From Escherichia phage KarlSchell_Bas89: a stretch of DNA of 64,000 bases. The notes under the pieces are model-generated. The model had not been told where the DNA came from. It saw only the letters and a program-made list of their open reading frames with translations, and did not search any database. Shown here piece by piece: positions 10,112 through 20,342 of this stretch. The position numbers were made by a program, and so were the translations under genes. The stretch's first letter is position 1; the number at the start of each line of letters is the position of its first letter. The stretch lies in the sequence record PQ850613.1; one strand, 5' to 3'.

Positions 10112-11776
10112 ATGCAACAAACTTCATATGCGTACCTCCGTAGTCGAGACCCACGCAATCAGATTTATGGTGTAAATCAGGGAGGGGTGCAAGCCTCTCC
10201 TTATATTCCTCGTCCTGCTTACCCACAAGCAGATATGTCTGTTTATACCCGTCCTAGTATGGCTCCTGCTGGATTAGCTGGGCTGGTTTCTCAGGCTAAT
10301 GAAGATCAAGAAGCAATGCTTGGTCCAAACAAACAAGTTGTTCAGGGTGCTAACATCCAACCTGATATCCCCAACGAAACTCCTGTAGCAGCCTCTCAGT
10401 CAGCTTCTCCGTTTGTTAACGATGAAAGCATGGTTGCTGCTGGCCTTTCTCCAGAAACTGCTTCTCAAGAGTTCTCAGACCCTCTACCGGTAAGTGCTCC
10501 TCCTAAACCGTTGGAACCTACTGATACAGAGTTTACTCAAGACCAAGTTAAACAGGCACAACAGGTTATGTCAACCCTTTCTTCCGGTTTACCTGAAGCT
10601 GAAGGTATGGCAGGTGCTTCTCGTAGCGCTGACCAAGAACGTGTTAACAAAGATTTAATGGAAGTGGCTAAGGCTAAGAACCCGATGGAAGAGTGGGGTA
10701 AGTTACAGAAACAACCTTTCTATCAGAACTCTAGCTTCTATACAGGTTTGATGGGTGTAGGTCTTTCTATTATGTCAGGTAAGTCTCCTATTGAAGCTTT
10801 CCAGATTGGCTCTGGTATGGCTGCACAGGATGAAACTAAGAATCAGCTTGAAGCTAACCGTGAATCTCTGATTGAACAGGGTTATTCTCCAGACTCAGTT
10901 GCTGCTGCAATTGCTACTGGTGATCCTTCTGCTCTGAAGATGCGTCAGATTAGCCCTCAAGAGAAACTTGCTTTGTCTGCTATTGAAGATGAAAGAGCTA
11001 ACCGTGAATGGGACAGACGCCAACAGATTAGTGAACAGTCTATGAGTCGTAGGATGGATGCAACTCGCCAAGCTGCTGAACAACGTGTACAAGAACAGTT
11101 TGCTCGTCAGAAAGAGTTGATTGGGTATCGTGATCAAGTAAAAGCTGATCGTGCTGAGAAAGCTGCTCAGAGTTTTAATTTTAATCCGAAAGAAGTTCGT
11201 CTTGCTCAGAACACAGCTGAAGGTACAGTTGCTAAGCAGTGGGCAGAGAAAGGTGGTCTGTTTAACCAGTCTCATAAAGACTTGGATTTGGCAGATCAGG
11301 CAGTTAAAGATAAAGACTATCAGACAGCTCGTTCTGCTTACATGCAGGCTATCATGAACTCCGCAAGGGCTGAAATCGGTGCTACTCGTTCTCTGACCGA
11401 AGAAGACTTACGTCACTTTGCAGAAGACCCATCAATCTTTGTTAAGGTTGGTAATACTTGGTCTCTGAAAGGTGGGTATCGTCCTACTGATGCTGCTCTT
11501 GCTTATGCTCGTAAACAGGCAACCGTTGGTGCTACTTCAGCGATGAAGGGTGTTAAGGATGCTAAGAAAGCAACCATCGAAGCTTACGTTGGTTCTGGTA
11601 TGGATAAGAAACGTGCTACTGCACTTGTTAACCGTGCTATACCTTCTGGTGGTTTCTATGACCCATTAGGTACATTTGAATCACAAGCTGAGGAAGAGGT
11701 TGGTGGTGCTGCTACTAATCCACGTCTGAATGGTGCTCTTTCAGCTTCTGAAGACACTAGCTGGTTTACTCAATAA
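10112..11776 (+). CDS. hypothetical virion (internal/ejection?) protein
   Basis: ATG at 10112 with AGGAG upstream (track start 10049 probably too early); 555 aa. Confidence 0.5.
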   Translation: MQQTSYAYLRSRDPRNQIYGVNQGGVQASPYIPRPAYPQADMSVYTRPSMAPAGLAGLVSQANEDQEAMLGPNKQVVQGANIQPDIPNETPVAASQSASPFVNDESMVAAGLSPETASQEFSDPLPVSAPPKPLEPTDTEFTQDQVKQAQQVMSTLSSGLPEAEGMAGASRSADQERVNKDLMEVAKAKNPMEEWGKLQKQPFYQNSSFYTGLMGVGLSIMSGKSPIEAFQIGSGMAAQDETKNQLEANRESLIEQGYSPDSVAAAIATGDPSALKMRQISPQEKLALSAIEDERANREWDRRQQISEQSMSRRMDATRQAAEQRVQEQFARQKELIGYRDQVKADRAEKAAQSFNFNPKEVRLAQNTAEGTVAKQWAEKGGLFNQSHKDLDLADQAVKDKDYQTARSAYMQAIMNSARAEIGATRSLTEEDLRHFAEDPSIFVKVGNTWSLKGGYRPTDAALAYARKQATVGATSAMKGVKDAKKATIEAYVGSGMDKKRATALVNRAIPSGGFYDPLGTFESQAEEEVGGAATNPRLNGALSASEDTSWFTQ

Positions 11777-11796
11777 GACCTAAGTCCTGCCTTCTA

Positions 11797-11805
11797 TAAT
11801 GTATA
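11797..11805 (+). promoter_or_regulatory. TAATGTATA promoter-like element
   Basis: Exact 9-mer 37 nt upstream of the 11842 start codon; same 9-mer and spacing upstream of a minus-strand gene at 29201. Confidence 0.45.
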
Positions 11806-11841
11806 TAGGGGGTAGGACATTTTTATTTATAAGGAGACGTT

Positions 11842-14800
11842 ATGGCTAACATTAAATCTTGGGAAGAAGCATCGAAAAGCCCCAAGTATATGAATGCAAC
11901 TCCTGAGCAACAGGCTCAGTTGAGAGAGCAATACAAAGCGGCAGGTGGTACAATCCCTGAAGATAAGCCAGTACAACCACAACAAGAAGAGCGTGGCTTA
12001 GTTGGTGAGTTCGCTCAGGGCGTATCTAATGCTATCGAATCTGGTGGAGCTAATATTGCAGCTAGTACCGCTCGTGGTTTAGGTGGTCTGGTTGAAATGG
12101 GTGAGAACGTTCTCGGTTCCCAAACAAGCTATGGTAAAAGAATTCAAGATAACGCAAAACAAGTATTAGAAAAGCGTATGGCTGGTATCGAGGATGGCTT
12201 TGGTAAGACTGCTGGGCAGTATGCTGGAGTGGCTGCTGATATCGGTTTGACAGTTGCTAACCCTGCTTTGGCTGCTGGTGTTATTGCGGGACGTGAAGCA
12301 GGGCGTGCTTATGCAGACCAGACTCCAGAAGAGGGAGAAGATAAGTCAGTGTTAGATGCTGCTCTTGTTGGTGGTGCTAACTTTGCAGCTCAGAAGATTC
12401 TTCCGGGTTTCACAGGAACAGCTGAGTCTACTTTAGGTCGTATTGGTCAGAGTGCTGCTTCTAACGCAGTGGCTGGTGCTAAGGGTGGTGCTCTCGTAGG
12501 TGCTGCTGAAGCTCAGAATAAGTATGGTGATGACACTACACTTGCCAATGTACTAGAAGGTGCAATTGATGAAGGTGTTGCTGGTGCTGCTTACGGCGGT
12601 GCTATTGGTGGTGTTCATGGTGCGATCAGTCGTCCTAGTCCTCAAGTATTTGATAAGACTCCTGAGAACGTTAAGACTGATATCTCCGCTGAAGATGAAG
12701 CGATTCGTAATGCTAAAAATGCTGATGAACTCCGTGAAGCTTATTCTCAAGCTGATACTGCTAACACAGCTTCCGCTCTTAACCTGCTAGACCAGAATGA
12801 TTTCCGTATTACAGATGCCGTGGCTATGGATTCTCCTGCTGCTCAACGTATCCTTAATACAGACCAGACTCGTGCTGAGAAAGCTGCTTCCTCTCTTACA
12901 GAGCGTTCTAACATCCCAGGTCTCAATCCTCTTGCTTCTCCAAGTAAGGTTAAGGGTAAAGCTTTTGCAGATAACGAACATAACCAGAAGCAAGCTGTAG
13001 CAATGAAAGATGCAATGGCTGACTACACTAAAGACAACACCAAGGCTCTTAATGATGTTCTTGATAATCTAGACAGAGAGTTGAATGACCTTCGTGTCCG
13101 TGGTGACTTTACTGGTAGCGCTATTGACATTAAGAATCAGACTCGTAATGATCGTGATTTCATTGATGCTTACAAGAACTTCTACACTGAAGCAAACAGA
13201 TTCAAAGCTCGTGATGGTGAAGACTTTAATAACTTTGTAGAGAAAGCTACCGAGCTACAGAAACTTGCTGATAATGTTTCTCCAGAGATGAAGAAAGCTA
13301 TTGGTGGTTTGAAGAAACTGAAAGGTATGCCTGAAGGTTTCAACCCTATCCAAGATGCCTTTACTCTGAATAACACAGCTAAATTAATGAGTAACCAAGA
13401 CCGTGGTTGGACAACCCTGACAGATGATGGTTTCCGTGAAGCCTCTTCTCCAAGTTTTGTTATGAACACCCTTGGTGCTGCTAAGTATGCTCTGAACCGC
13501 TTCTCTTCAGAGAGGGCTAGGTCTCAACGTGCTCGACAGCAGGATTCAAACAGTGAAGCAATTCGCTCTTTGGCTCGTGGTGATTTAGAGGTTGCTCGTG
13601 CTCGAAGTGCAGCAGCAAAAGCACGCGAAGAAATGGAAGCCGAACCGGTTGTTGATGACGTTCAATTTAAGACGCAAGCTGATGACCAAAATCAGGCTGG
13701 TTCTGAACCCTCTTCTCCAGCTACTGTGACGGAAGATTTCTCTCCTTCTCCAGCTCCTTTAACTGCTCGTGATTTGGTTGCTCAAAGACGTGCTATTCGA
13801 CAGGCGGAACAACGCCGTGCAGAGGAGGAAGCACAAGCTGCTCAGAATGCTCCAGTTGAACCAGAAGCTCCAGCAGAAACTTTGCCTACGCGTAACCCTC
13901 TTGAGGAACGTAGAGTGCAAGAAGCTGAGATGGAACAACAGCGTGCAGCAGAAGAGGCTGCTAAAGCTCCTGAGACGTCCGTAGAAGAGCCTACAGCTAA
14001 AGCTGAGCCGTTACCTGCTCGTGCTCCTAAAGCTCCTAAGGAAGCTGCTCCTGAGGTTAAACCGGCTACTGGTGTAGAACGTCTTGCTGCTATGTCAACA
14101 GCTGCTCGTCAGGCTACTAAAAACCGTGCTGAACGTTTTGCTCGTTCTTTGTATACTGCTGGTGCTAAAGCCAAAGCTACTGCGGAAAACTTCTTGGCTT
14201 ATAAAGGAGACCCGAAAGAGCTGATGCGTCGTATCCGTCAGGAAGACCAAGCGAACAATGCTGCTCGTCATGAAGAGATGGCTCGTAACCAACTAGCTTC
14301 TCAGCAAGGTATTGCAGCTGCTAAATCTAACCGAGTTCGTTCTGCATTCTCCGATTGGGTTAAAGAGCGTGGATTACCTTCTGAAATCGCCTCTAAAGCC
14401 CTACGTGCTGAAGAACGTGGATTGGATGGTAACGTATCAAGCCTAGACTCTTTGAAGCGCAGAGCTGAGCGTATGTATCAGAAAGAGCGTGATGATGAGT
14501 TTGATAGGCTGTATCGTGAAGCTCTGGAAGAAAACAAAGCTTTTGATAAGAAAGATGCACCTAAGCTGAAAGATCAGAAGGCTGAGTTCCAGTCAGAGAT
14601 TGATTCTCTACTTGAGAACGAACCTCTCCGTCCTGCTCAGAAAGATGCAATGCGTAAGATGATGAGTGATTTTGTTGATGGGAAGTTTAAAGCGGCTGAG
14701 AAAGCTGGAAGGGAAGAAGCTTTAGAGGTTGGTCAAATGAAGGATTTGTGGGATGGGTTTATTAATACCTACAATCGTGAAGTTGGCATGTTCAATAAAG

Positions 14801-16263
14801 CTAACAAGAACTCTCAGTATGAGGCAGCAGCTAAACATCTACAGGCTCGTGAAGAGCGTCTTACCTCTTTACGTAACAGAGCAGAAGCTCGTGCTCAAGC
14901 GAAAGCTACAGCAGAAGCTGAACGTCAGTCACTCGAAGCTATTGCTGGTCAGAAGACTGAGATAGAGAAGATGTTTGATGAGTTACCTAAACCTGTCCGC
15001 GAGGCTCAGGAAAGCCGTACTCTGAAACAGCTTGCAGCTCACCACGATAAGAACTCCCCTGTTCCTCCAGAACGTTTCCGTAGTATTATCGAACGTATCC
15101 ATAACGCAGAGTCCGACTACCTTGATCGTAAGCGTCGTCTCACTGATGCAGAGGAAGATGCTCGTGAAGCTAAGTGGAACAAGATGTATGAACAAGCAGA
15201 GGAGATGAACCGTAAATTCGATATAGATGCTCGCGTGTCCCGTGATAAGAGCCTCAAAGAAGCTCAGGAGCGACAGAATGATCTCATGGCAGTACAACGC
15301 CAACGTGATGACATTCACAGCCGTCTGGTGCGTTCTATCGAAGATAAGGGCATCCCTAAAGCTGATGCTGAAGCATTTGCTGGTTCTTATATGGATAACC
15401 GTTATGCTCTTCTTGAAAAACCTATGACCCCTACCGAGCATCAGAATGCTCGTGCACGTATTGAGTCCGATGTAGAGAAGTTTGCTAAGAAGTATGAAAG
15501 CTTGTCTCCTATCGAGAAAGACGTGGTTAAGATTACTGGTGATGTGGAAGGTAAACTGGATGGGTTGGATGCTGAGACTATGAAGGCAGTTGAGGAAGCT
15601 AGGAAGGTTGACTCTGATATTAAGAAACTTCAGGATGAAGAGTTGGAAATGGAGAAAGTCCGTTCAGCTTTACCTGATGATGAAAAGTCTCAGGCAAATT
15701 CCGACATTCTGGAAAGCATTAAAAAGCAAGAAGATGAGTTTGCAGGAAAGGTTGAGAAGGCATTCTTGGAAGGCAAGGACTTGAAGGAATTGGCTAGTGT
15801 TGCAGAGGTTCTGGATAGGGTTCATGGTGCTGACAAGGCTGGGAACAACCGTAGATTTGTTCGTGCTCTACAGACTGCTGCTGACAACAAGAATAAGTAT
15901 GGTGATAATCCGGTAGCTTGGTTTAGTGCTGATGATTACTCTGCTATTGCTAAACTTGGTGCTGCATCAGCGGGCGGTAACAAATCGAGAGCGTTGGAGA
16001 AGATCTTTGGTTCTACAGCAGATCAAGCTAAGGCTAAGCTTTTGGGGAGAGATGATGTAGCGAAGATTAGACGTGTGATTGAAGCGAATCCTGAAGTCAA
16101 GATTCCTTCTTACAAGACTACTACTCGTCAAGAGTATTTACAGTTCTTGGAGAAGTATAATGATGAAGGAGTGTTGAAAGTCAAACGTGGTTCTCTGTCT
16201 GACAGATTAGAAAGGAATAAGCGTCAAGCTAAACTCCGTGTTAGAGTTCGCTCGAAAGAGTAA
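11842..16263 (+). CDS. large (1473 aa) coiled-coil-rich virion protein (internal core/ejection-type)
   Basis: Long ORF with RBS AAGGAG; A/E/K/R-rich helical composition; last gene of the plus-strand structural block. Confidence 0.55.
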   Translation: MANIKSWEEASKSPKYMNATPEQQAQLREQYKAAGGTIPEDKPVQPQQEERGLVGEFAQGVSNAIESGGANIAASTARGLGGLVEMGENVLGSQTSYGKRIQDNAKQVLEKRMAGIEDGFGKTAGQYAGVAADIGLTVANPALAAGVIAGREAGRAYADQTPEEGEDKSVLDAALVGGANFAAQKILPGFTGTAESTLGRIGQSAASNAVAGAKGGALVGAAEAQNKYGDDTTLANVLEGAIDEGVAGAAYGGAIGGVHGAISRPSPQVFDKTPENVKTDISAEDEAIRNAKNADELREAYSQADTANTASALNLLDQNDFRITDAVAMDSPAAQRILNTDQTRAEKAASSLTERSNIPGLNPLASPSKVKGKAFADNEHNQKQAVAMKDAMADYTKDNTKALNDVLDNLDRELNDLRVRGDFTGSAIDIKNQTRNDRDFIDAYKNFYTEANRFKARDGEDFNNFVEKATELQKLADNVSPEMKKAIGGLKKLKGMPEGFNPIQDAFTLNNTAKLMSNQDRGWTTLTDDGFREASSPSFVMNTLGAAKYALNRFSSERARSQRARQQDSNSEAIRSLARGDLEVARARSAAAKAREEMEAEPVVDDVQFKTQADDQNQAGSEPSSPATVTEDFSPSPAPLTARDLVAQRRAIRQAEQRRAEEEAQAAQNAPVEPEAPAETLPTRNPLEERRVQEAEMEQQRAAEEAAKAPETSVEEPTAKAEPLPARAPKAPKEAAPEVKPATGVERLAAMSTAARQATKNRAERFARSLYTAGAKAKATAENFLAYKGDPKELMRRIRQEDQANNAARHEEMARNQLASQQGIAAAKSNRVRSAFSDWVKERGLPSEIASKALRAEERGLDGNVSSLDSLKRRAERMYQKERDDEFDRLYREALEENKAFDKKDAPKLKDQKAEFQSEIDSLLENEPLRPAQKDAMRKMMSDFVDGKFKAAEKAGREEALEVGQMKDLWDGFINTYNREVGMFNKANKNSQYEAAAKHLQAREERLTSLRNRAEARAQAKATAEAERQSLEAIAGQKTEIEKMFDELPKPVREAQESRTLKQLAAHHDKNSPVPPERFRSIIERIHNAESDYLDRKRRLTDAEEDAREAKWNKMYEQAEEMNRKFDIDARVSRDKSLKEAQERQNDLMAVQRQRDDIHSRLVRSIEDKGIPKADAEAFAGSYMDNRYALLEKPMTPTEHQNARARIESDVEKFAKKYESLSPIEKDVVKITGDVEGKLDGLDAETMKAVEEARKVDSDIKKLQDEELEMEKVRSALPDDEKSQANSDILESIKKQEDEFAGKVEKAFLEGKDLKELASVAEVLDRVHGADKAGNNRRFVRALQTAADNKNKYGDNPVAWFSADDYSAIAKLGAASAGGNKSRALEKIFGSTADQAKAKLLGRDDVAKIRRVIEANPEVKIPSYKTTTRQEYLQFLEKYNDEGVLKVKRGSLSDRLERNKRQAKLRVRVRSKE

Positions 16264-16271
16264 ACAAGAAA

Positions 16272-16305
16272 AGCCCCAACCGAAAGGAAGGGGCTTTATT
16301 TTTAT
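16272..16305 (+). terminator. rho-independent terminator
   Basis: AGCCCC...GGGGCT hairpin followed by TTTATTTTTAT. Confidence 0.65.
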
Positions 16306-16331
16306 CTAAGTTTTAGAAACCATCAAATTCG

Positions 16332-16835
16332 TCAATCTTTTTTAAACTCTCCATGATATTCCTCTCTTTTACTCTTAAGCCATCTATGTAAATATAAGAT
16401 ATCGTATGAAGATTTCGTGTAAGATTTACCTGATATGTAAATTCGAGCCTGGTAGTATCCCGGATTCTTTCCTCCATGAGAGTTGTCATGAATACCTTTA
16501 GGTAAAGAATCTCTTTTACTGCTCCAACCTCTAGTATTCCTAGCACTTTCCTTCGCATTACAAAGTCTAAGATTTTCTATTGTATTGTTGTCTAGGTTAT
16601 TATCTATGTGGTCTACTAAAAACCCTTCTGGGATAGGTCCATTATGGTACTCCCAAACCAACCGGTGAGCTTTAATTCTTCCAGAGTTTTTGGTGTTGAT
16701 TTCCCAATAACCTTTCTTGTTTTTCGTACCTACCACGCTTCCTATTTTTACAAAAGGGGCTGGTTTACTCTTCCAGAGAAATCCAGAAGGGGATTCAGAG
16801 GAGTATAGAAAATGGGTCCACTTTTCTTCACTCAT
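16332..16835 (-). CDS. HNH homing endonuclease
   Basis: AHRLVWEYHNGPIPEGFLVDHIDNNLDNNTIENLRLCNAKESARN. Confidence 0.8.
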   Translation of the reverse strand: MSEEKWTHFLYSSESPSGFLWKSKPAPFVKIGSVVGTKNKKGYWEINTKNSGRIKAHRLVWEYHNGPIPEGFLVDHIDNNLDNNTIENLRLCNAKESARNTRGWSSKRDSLPKGIHDNSHGGKNPGYYQARIYISGKSYTKSSYDILYLHRWLKSKREEYHGEFKKD

Positions 16836-16843
16836 ACACTCTC

Positions 16844-17212
16844 CTAGATTAAGTCGTAATACTGGATAATACCTTTCAGAGCAAAGTCACGAATCTGGTC
16901 TTTCTCTGTATCATAGGCTGTCATAATCCAGCAAGGATTCCCGTCATTGTGATAAACGGAAACACCAACTGAAGTTCGGATAGGAATAACGGCGCGGTCT
17001 GCAACCTCACCTCTCCAATTACGATAGCGAAAGCGAAGAATTTGTTTCGTAGAGACTGGAGCATCAGTTGTTTCCTTTTTTAAATTGTTTTCTAGCATTA
17101 TTTTCTTCTTGAGTTTTAGTCTTGTGACAAGGTTCTTTACAAAGCACTTGGAATCCATGCTTCTCAACAAGTGCCCTCTGAATAATTTCATCCCAAGTAG
17201 CTTCATGGTCAA
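16844..17212 (-). CDS. hypothetical protein
   Basis: ORF; true start probably an internal Met near 17098; overlaps next ORF. Confidence 0.3.
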   Translation of the reverse strand: MTMKLLGMKLFRGHLLRSMDSKCFVKNLVTRLKLKKKIMLENNLKKETTDAPVSTKQILRFRYRNWRGEVADRAVIPIRTSVGVSVYHNDGNPCWIMTAYDTEKDQIRDFALKGIIQYYDLI

Positions 17213-17465
17213 TAGGAACCAGAGGCTCTATATGGTCAATAGCCATTTCTTTAACAGGGTGATCATTGCCACACATAGCACATTGATAGTGCATTGCCAG
17301 CTTCCCTGTCTTGGGGTTTATCTTTCGTTCTGTTTGAGCATCTTTAAGAGCATCGAACATAGGCTTCCACTTCCTAGTCAGAGAGCGAATCCCTGACTTG
17401 ATGAAGGAGTTATATCGAGCTTCTGTCCAAGTGCCGCTACAGCGAGTCTTCTCAACCTTCGCCAT
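17064..17465 (-). CDS. His-Me finger (HNH-type) nuclease
   Basis: CAMCGNDHPVKEMAIDHIEP ... CKEPCHKTKT. Confidence 0.5.
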   Translation of the reverse strand: MAKVEKTRCSGTWTEARYNSFIKSGIRSLTRKWKPMFDALKDAQTERKINPKTGKLAMHYQCAMCGNDHPVKEMAIDHIEPLVPIDHEATWDEIIQRALVEKHGFQVLCKEPCHKTKTQEENNARKQFKKGNN

Positions 17466-17676
17466 AACCTACATCCATATCATCCTCCTGCCAAACTCTT
17501 TTATTAACACGGTGACTAACCTTGTCAGCTTTAGGGATACGACCAGTGCGTTGATCAAACAGTTGGTGTTTAATCTTCTGATCTTTACGAGTTTCACGGT
17601 TAGGTGCAGTTTCATCATAAGTACGGTAGTTGAATTTATTACCCATTATCAATATCCTTATTCCAAATTTTATCAA
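17452..17676 (-). CDS. hypothetical small protein
   Basis: ORF between two annotated genes; no motif. Confidence 0.25.
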   Translation of the reverse strand: MIKFGIRILIMGNKFNYRTYDETAPNRETRKDQKIKHQLFDQRTGRIPKADKVSHRVNKRVWQEDDMDVGYGEG

Positions 17677-18502
17677 GCCATGACCACTCGAAGAGGTCTT
17701 CTGGTGTTTGACCTACGAATAGGAGACGAGCATTCTCAAGCATCTTTTCTTCCCATTCTGTATCAAACTTCTTATAATATTCCATTCGCACTATATGATA
17801 AAGAGTCCACTTATCACTTACACCTTGTAAAAGGTTAATAGCAGCTTTCTTTCCAATCCCTTGACGACGGAGTTGTAACTTACCTCCCCACATGACTTCT
17901 TCACGCTCGCCACAACCGGGAATGTTGTCTGTGCCATCACCAATAAGCATTTGATAAAAGAAGTTTTGCCAAGCAACCTCATCTGATACGTAGTGAGGAG
18001 GAACCTCTTTCTGCCTTTCTCCACATGCCCACCGATAATGCCATCCGGGGGTTATCAATAAATCTTTGTCTCGTGTGCAGATGATAGTGTTCTTGTCAGT
18101 TCGCTGCCTTTCTGCTAATGCATCGTCAGCCTCTCTTCCATAAACACCTACATACTCGTAGTTATTTTTAATGTAATCACCAACGTTCTGCCAGTGGAAA
18201 GGTCTTTCTCCCGGAGGTCGGTTGGCTTTGTACCCTTGCTGCTTTGCTACATCAAAACGGAAGTTACCGCCTTCGCTGAAGTAGAAGATTGTCTTTCGGC
18301 AACCAGCGCGAGCAATGATTGTATCAATTTTATTTTGAAGTCGTTCAATTAGAAATCCATAATCTACTGGTGTACGTCCTGTATCTAGGAAAGGATGCTC
18401 CTGAGTCAGAGCACCCACTTCGTATCGGAGAACATCAGCATCAACCAAAGCTACTTCAGGATACTTAACATCTTCCATAAACATCATCCCGAGTTTGAGC
18501 AA
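17639..18502 (-). CDS. 5'-3' exonuclease / flap endonuclease (T7 gp6-like)
   Basis: ALVDADVLRY, GREADDALA, TRDKDLL, IGDGTDNIPG acidic-cluster motifs. Confidence 0.75.
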   Translation of the reverse strand: MLKLGMMFMEDVKYPEVALVDADVLRYEVGALTQEHPFLDTGRTPVDYGFLIERLQNKIDTIIARAGCRKTIFYFSEGGNFRFDVAKQQGYKANRPPGERPFHWQNVGDYIKNNYEYVGVYGREADDALAERQRTDKNTIICTRDKDLLITPGWHYRWACGERQKEVPPHYVSDEVAWQNFFYQMLIGDGTDNIPGCGEREEVMWGGKLQLRRQGIGKKAAINLLQGVSDKWTLYHIVRMEYYKKFDTEWEEKMLENARLLFVGQTPEDLFEWSWLDKIWNKDIDNG

Positions 18503-19079
18503 TAATCCAATCCAAATAATATCGAGCTTCCGAAATAGTCCGATTATTATATAATGTGCAAGTTTCTAACTGATTTCCTTCAATATAATTCCTAGAATCT
18601 CCAGAAAAATCACATCCCTCTCTTTTGACTTGAACTACTACTACATTGAAAGACTTCTCTAACTCTCTTACCTCTGCTTCAAACCCACCGTCCGTAAACA
18701 GGATAACATCATTATGATTCCTCCCTTCTGCATTGATGCTGTTTACTGCTTGGATTCCCATATAGTTCTCACCAAACATAGGTTTTAAGTAATCTTCACT
18801 TGTGGAAATCATTAAATCCCTAACAGATCTCCCTCCCCATTCAGGTCTAGCCTTTTCTTTCCAGTCTCGGTCTTTATACAACTCCAGAAAATCCTCCAAC
18901 TGCAAACCTAATGCTGCGGAGGCTACTTTGTACATAGGCTCTTTAAATGATTTAGCATAACGGGAATAAGACGCAATGTGGGATTTTAGTAACCACTCCT
19001 CAGCTATCGTGTCTTTACCACAACCCGGAGGCCCATTGAGAATTACTACTAAAGGTTTAGACTTATCAGTCATTTCCAA
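18465..19079 (-). CDS. P-loop nucleotide kinase (probable dNMP kinase)
   Basis: Walker A ILNGPPGCGKDT near N-terminus, about 200 aa. Confidence 0.5.
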   Translation of the reverse strand: MEMTDKSKPLVVILNGPPGCGKDTIAEEWLLKSHIASYSRYAKSFKEPMYKVASAALGLQLEDFLELYKDRDWKEKARPEWGGRSVRDLMISTSEDYLKPMFGENYMGIQAVNSINAEGRNHNDVILFTDGGFEAEVRELEKSFNVVVVQVKREGCDFSGDSRNYIEGNQLETCTLYNNRTISEARYYLDWIIAQTRDDVYGRC

Positions 19080-19462
19080 TCTCCAATGATTTCCATATCT
19101 AGTTTGTCTCCTTTCTTTGTAAGGAGTATTGCTGGTTTATCTTTACTTTTCATGTACTCAAACATGTGCAGAGAGCCTCTTGACTCTCCATCCCAGAAGA
19201 CTATTGCTGAGTCAGCATATTCTCCCATGTCTACGTTTCTAAGGATACCAGCTTTCTTTCCTAAGGTTGTCCAAGACGGGATAAACCTTTTAATACCAAG
19301 GCCGTTATGCTTAGCAATAACCTCTCCATGAGAGTCTGGCCCTTTTGCTCCCCCTGATACAACTTCAGTGAAGAGCTTAGGTATACCTTTCGGGAGTAAA
19401 TCCCACATCTGAATAAAAGAAGGCCAGTCAATAGACCGGCTTCCTGCTATAATCACTTTCAT
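19070..19462 (-). CDS. SLOG/DUF2493-like Rossmann-fold protein
   Basis: KVIIAGSR ... GGAKGPD ... AGILRN ... VFWDGESRGS pattern. Confidence 0.45.
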   Translation of the reverse strand: MKVIIAGSRSIDWPSFIQMWDLLPKGIPKLFTEVVSGGAKGPDSHGEVIAKHNGLGIKRFIPSWTTLGKKAGILRNVDMGEYADSAIVFWDGESRGSLHMFEYMKSKDKPAILLTKKGDKLDMEIIGDWK

Positions 19463-19463
19463 A

Positions 19464-20105
19464 TTAAGACCCTTGGAATTCTTCCTTGTCGAAGTGCTTC
19501 TCTACCACATACTCATACAGATCTTTATACTCTGCATAACGACGATAGAATGTCCCATGTGAGATGCCTAATTCTTTCTGAATGGAATCGTGAGGGATAC
19601 CTAAGAAGAGCATTGAGAACATGCTTGCAAGCTTCTGTGTATCCATTGTATCACTCAAATCTTGGAAGAAGTAGAAGATACGAGACTCCATGAAAGGGTC
19701 CCCAACTGAGTCATGCTTATTAACTGCATATTCCAGAGGGCCTTCTGAGTAAATGTCAGGGTTGTTAAACATATCTGCTTCTGGAATAGCATAGATACGT
19801 CGATCACCAACTGTCTGTCGATTGGAACGGATAGACCAGATGATATTCTTCACACGATAAGTCATGTGCTCAATCTCTACTTCACCTTCTAGTAGAAGTT
19901 CTTCTTGCTTGGAGTAGATGAAACGCCAAACATTAAGCAACACCTCTTGAGCTACATCCTCTGCTTCATGATAGTCACGAATGTCGTACATAAAGAATTT
20001 GTGAACCACTTTCCAGTTCACCTTATAGAACTCATCGAAGGTTGGGAAGTATTTGATTGGAATACCGTGAATACGATACCGAGTAGGTGTTGTTTTCTTA
20101 GCCAC
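19464..20105 (-). CDS. phage-encoded sigma factor (ECF-like)
   Basis: Region-2-like [17 protein letters not shown] and region-4-like [28 protein letters not shown]. Confidence 0.7.
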   Translation of the reverse strand: MAKKTTPTRYRIHGIPIKYFPTFDEFYKVNWKVVHKFFMYDIRDYHEAEDVAQEVLLNVWRFIYSKQEELLLEGEVEIEHMTYRVKNIIWSIRSNRQTVGDRRIYAIPEADMFNNPDIYSEGPLEYAVNKHDSVGDPFMESRIFYFFQDLSDTMDTQKLASMFSMLFLGIPHDSIQKELGISHGTFYRRYAEYKDLYEYVVEKHFDKEEFQGS

Positions 20106-20135
20106 AAGTTATCCTTAACTTTGTCGGTTTTAATT

Positions 20136-20342
20136 TTATACACTGATCAAGTAAATAGCTGTTTCAGGGTTTGGTGTGTTTTGTTGTGGTGTGCCGGAGA
20201 TACGAATCCACTCATCATTTTCTGGTTCGTAATACAACCAAGCATCTGTGAATTTGAAAGTTCTTCCAAACACTTTATTATCATGTTCCCAAATTACGTG
20301 AACATTCCTAGTATCAGGTAGAACTGATTGCGCTCTAATCAT
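20136..20342 (-). CDS. hypothetical protein
   Basis: ORF only. Confidence 0.3.
   Translation of the reverse strand: MIRAQSVLPDTRNVHVIWEHDNKVFGRTFKFTDAWLYYEPENDEWIRISGTPQQNTPNPETAIYLISV

Noticed and set aside
12553-15784. Many 60-150-aa ORFs in other frames and on the opposite strand inside the 1473-aa gene
   Set aside because: They lie entirely within a long well-supported ORF and are low-complexity products of its biased composition.
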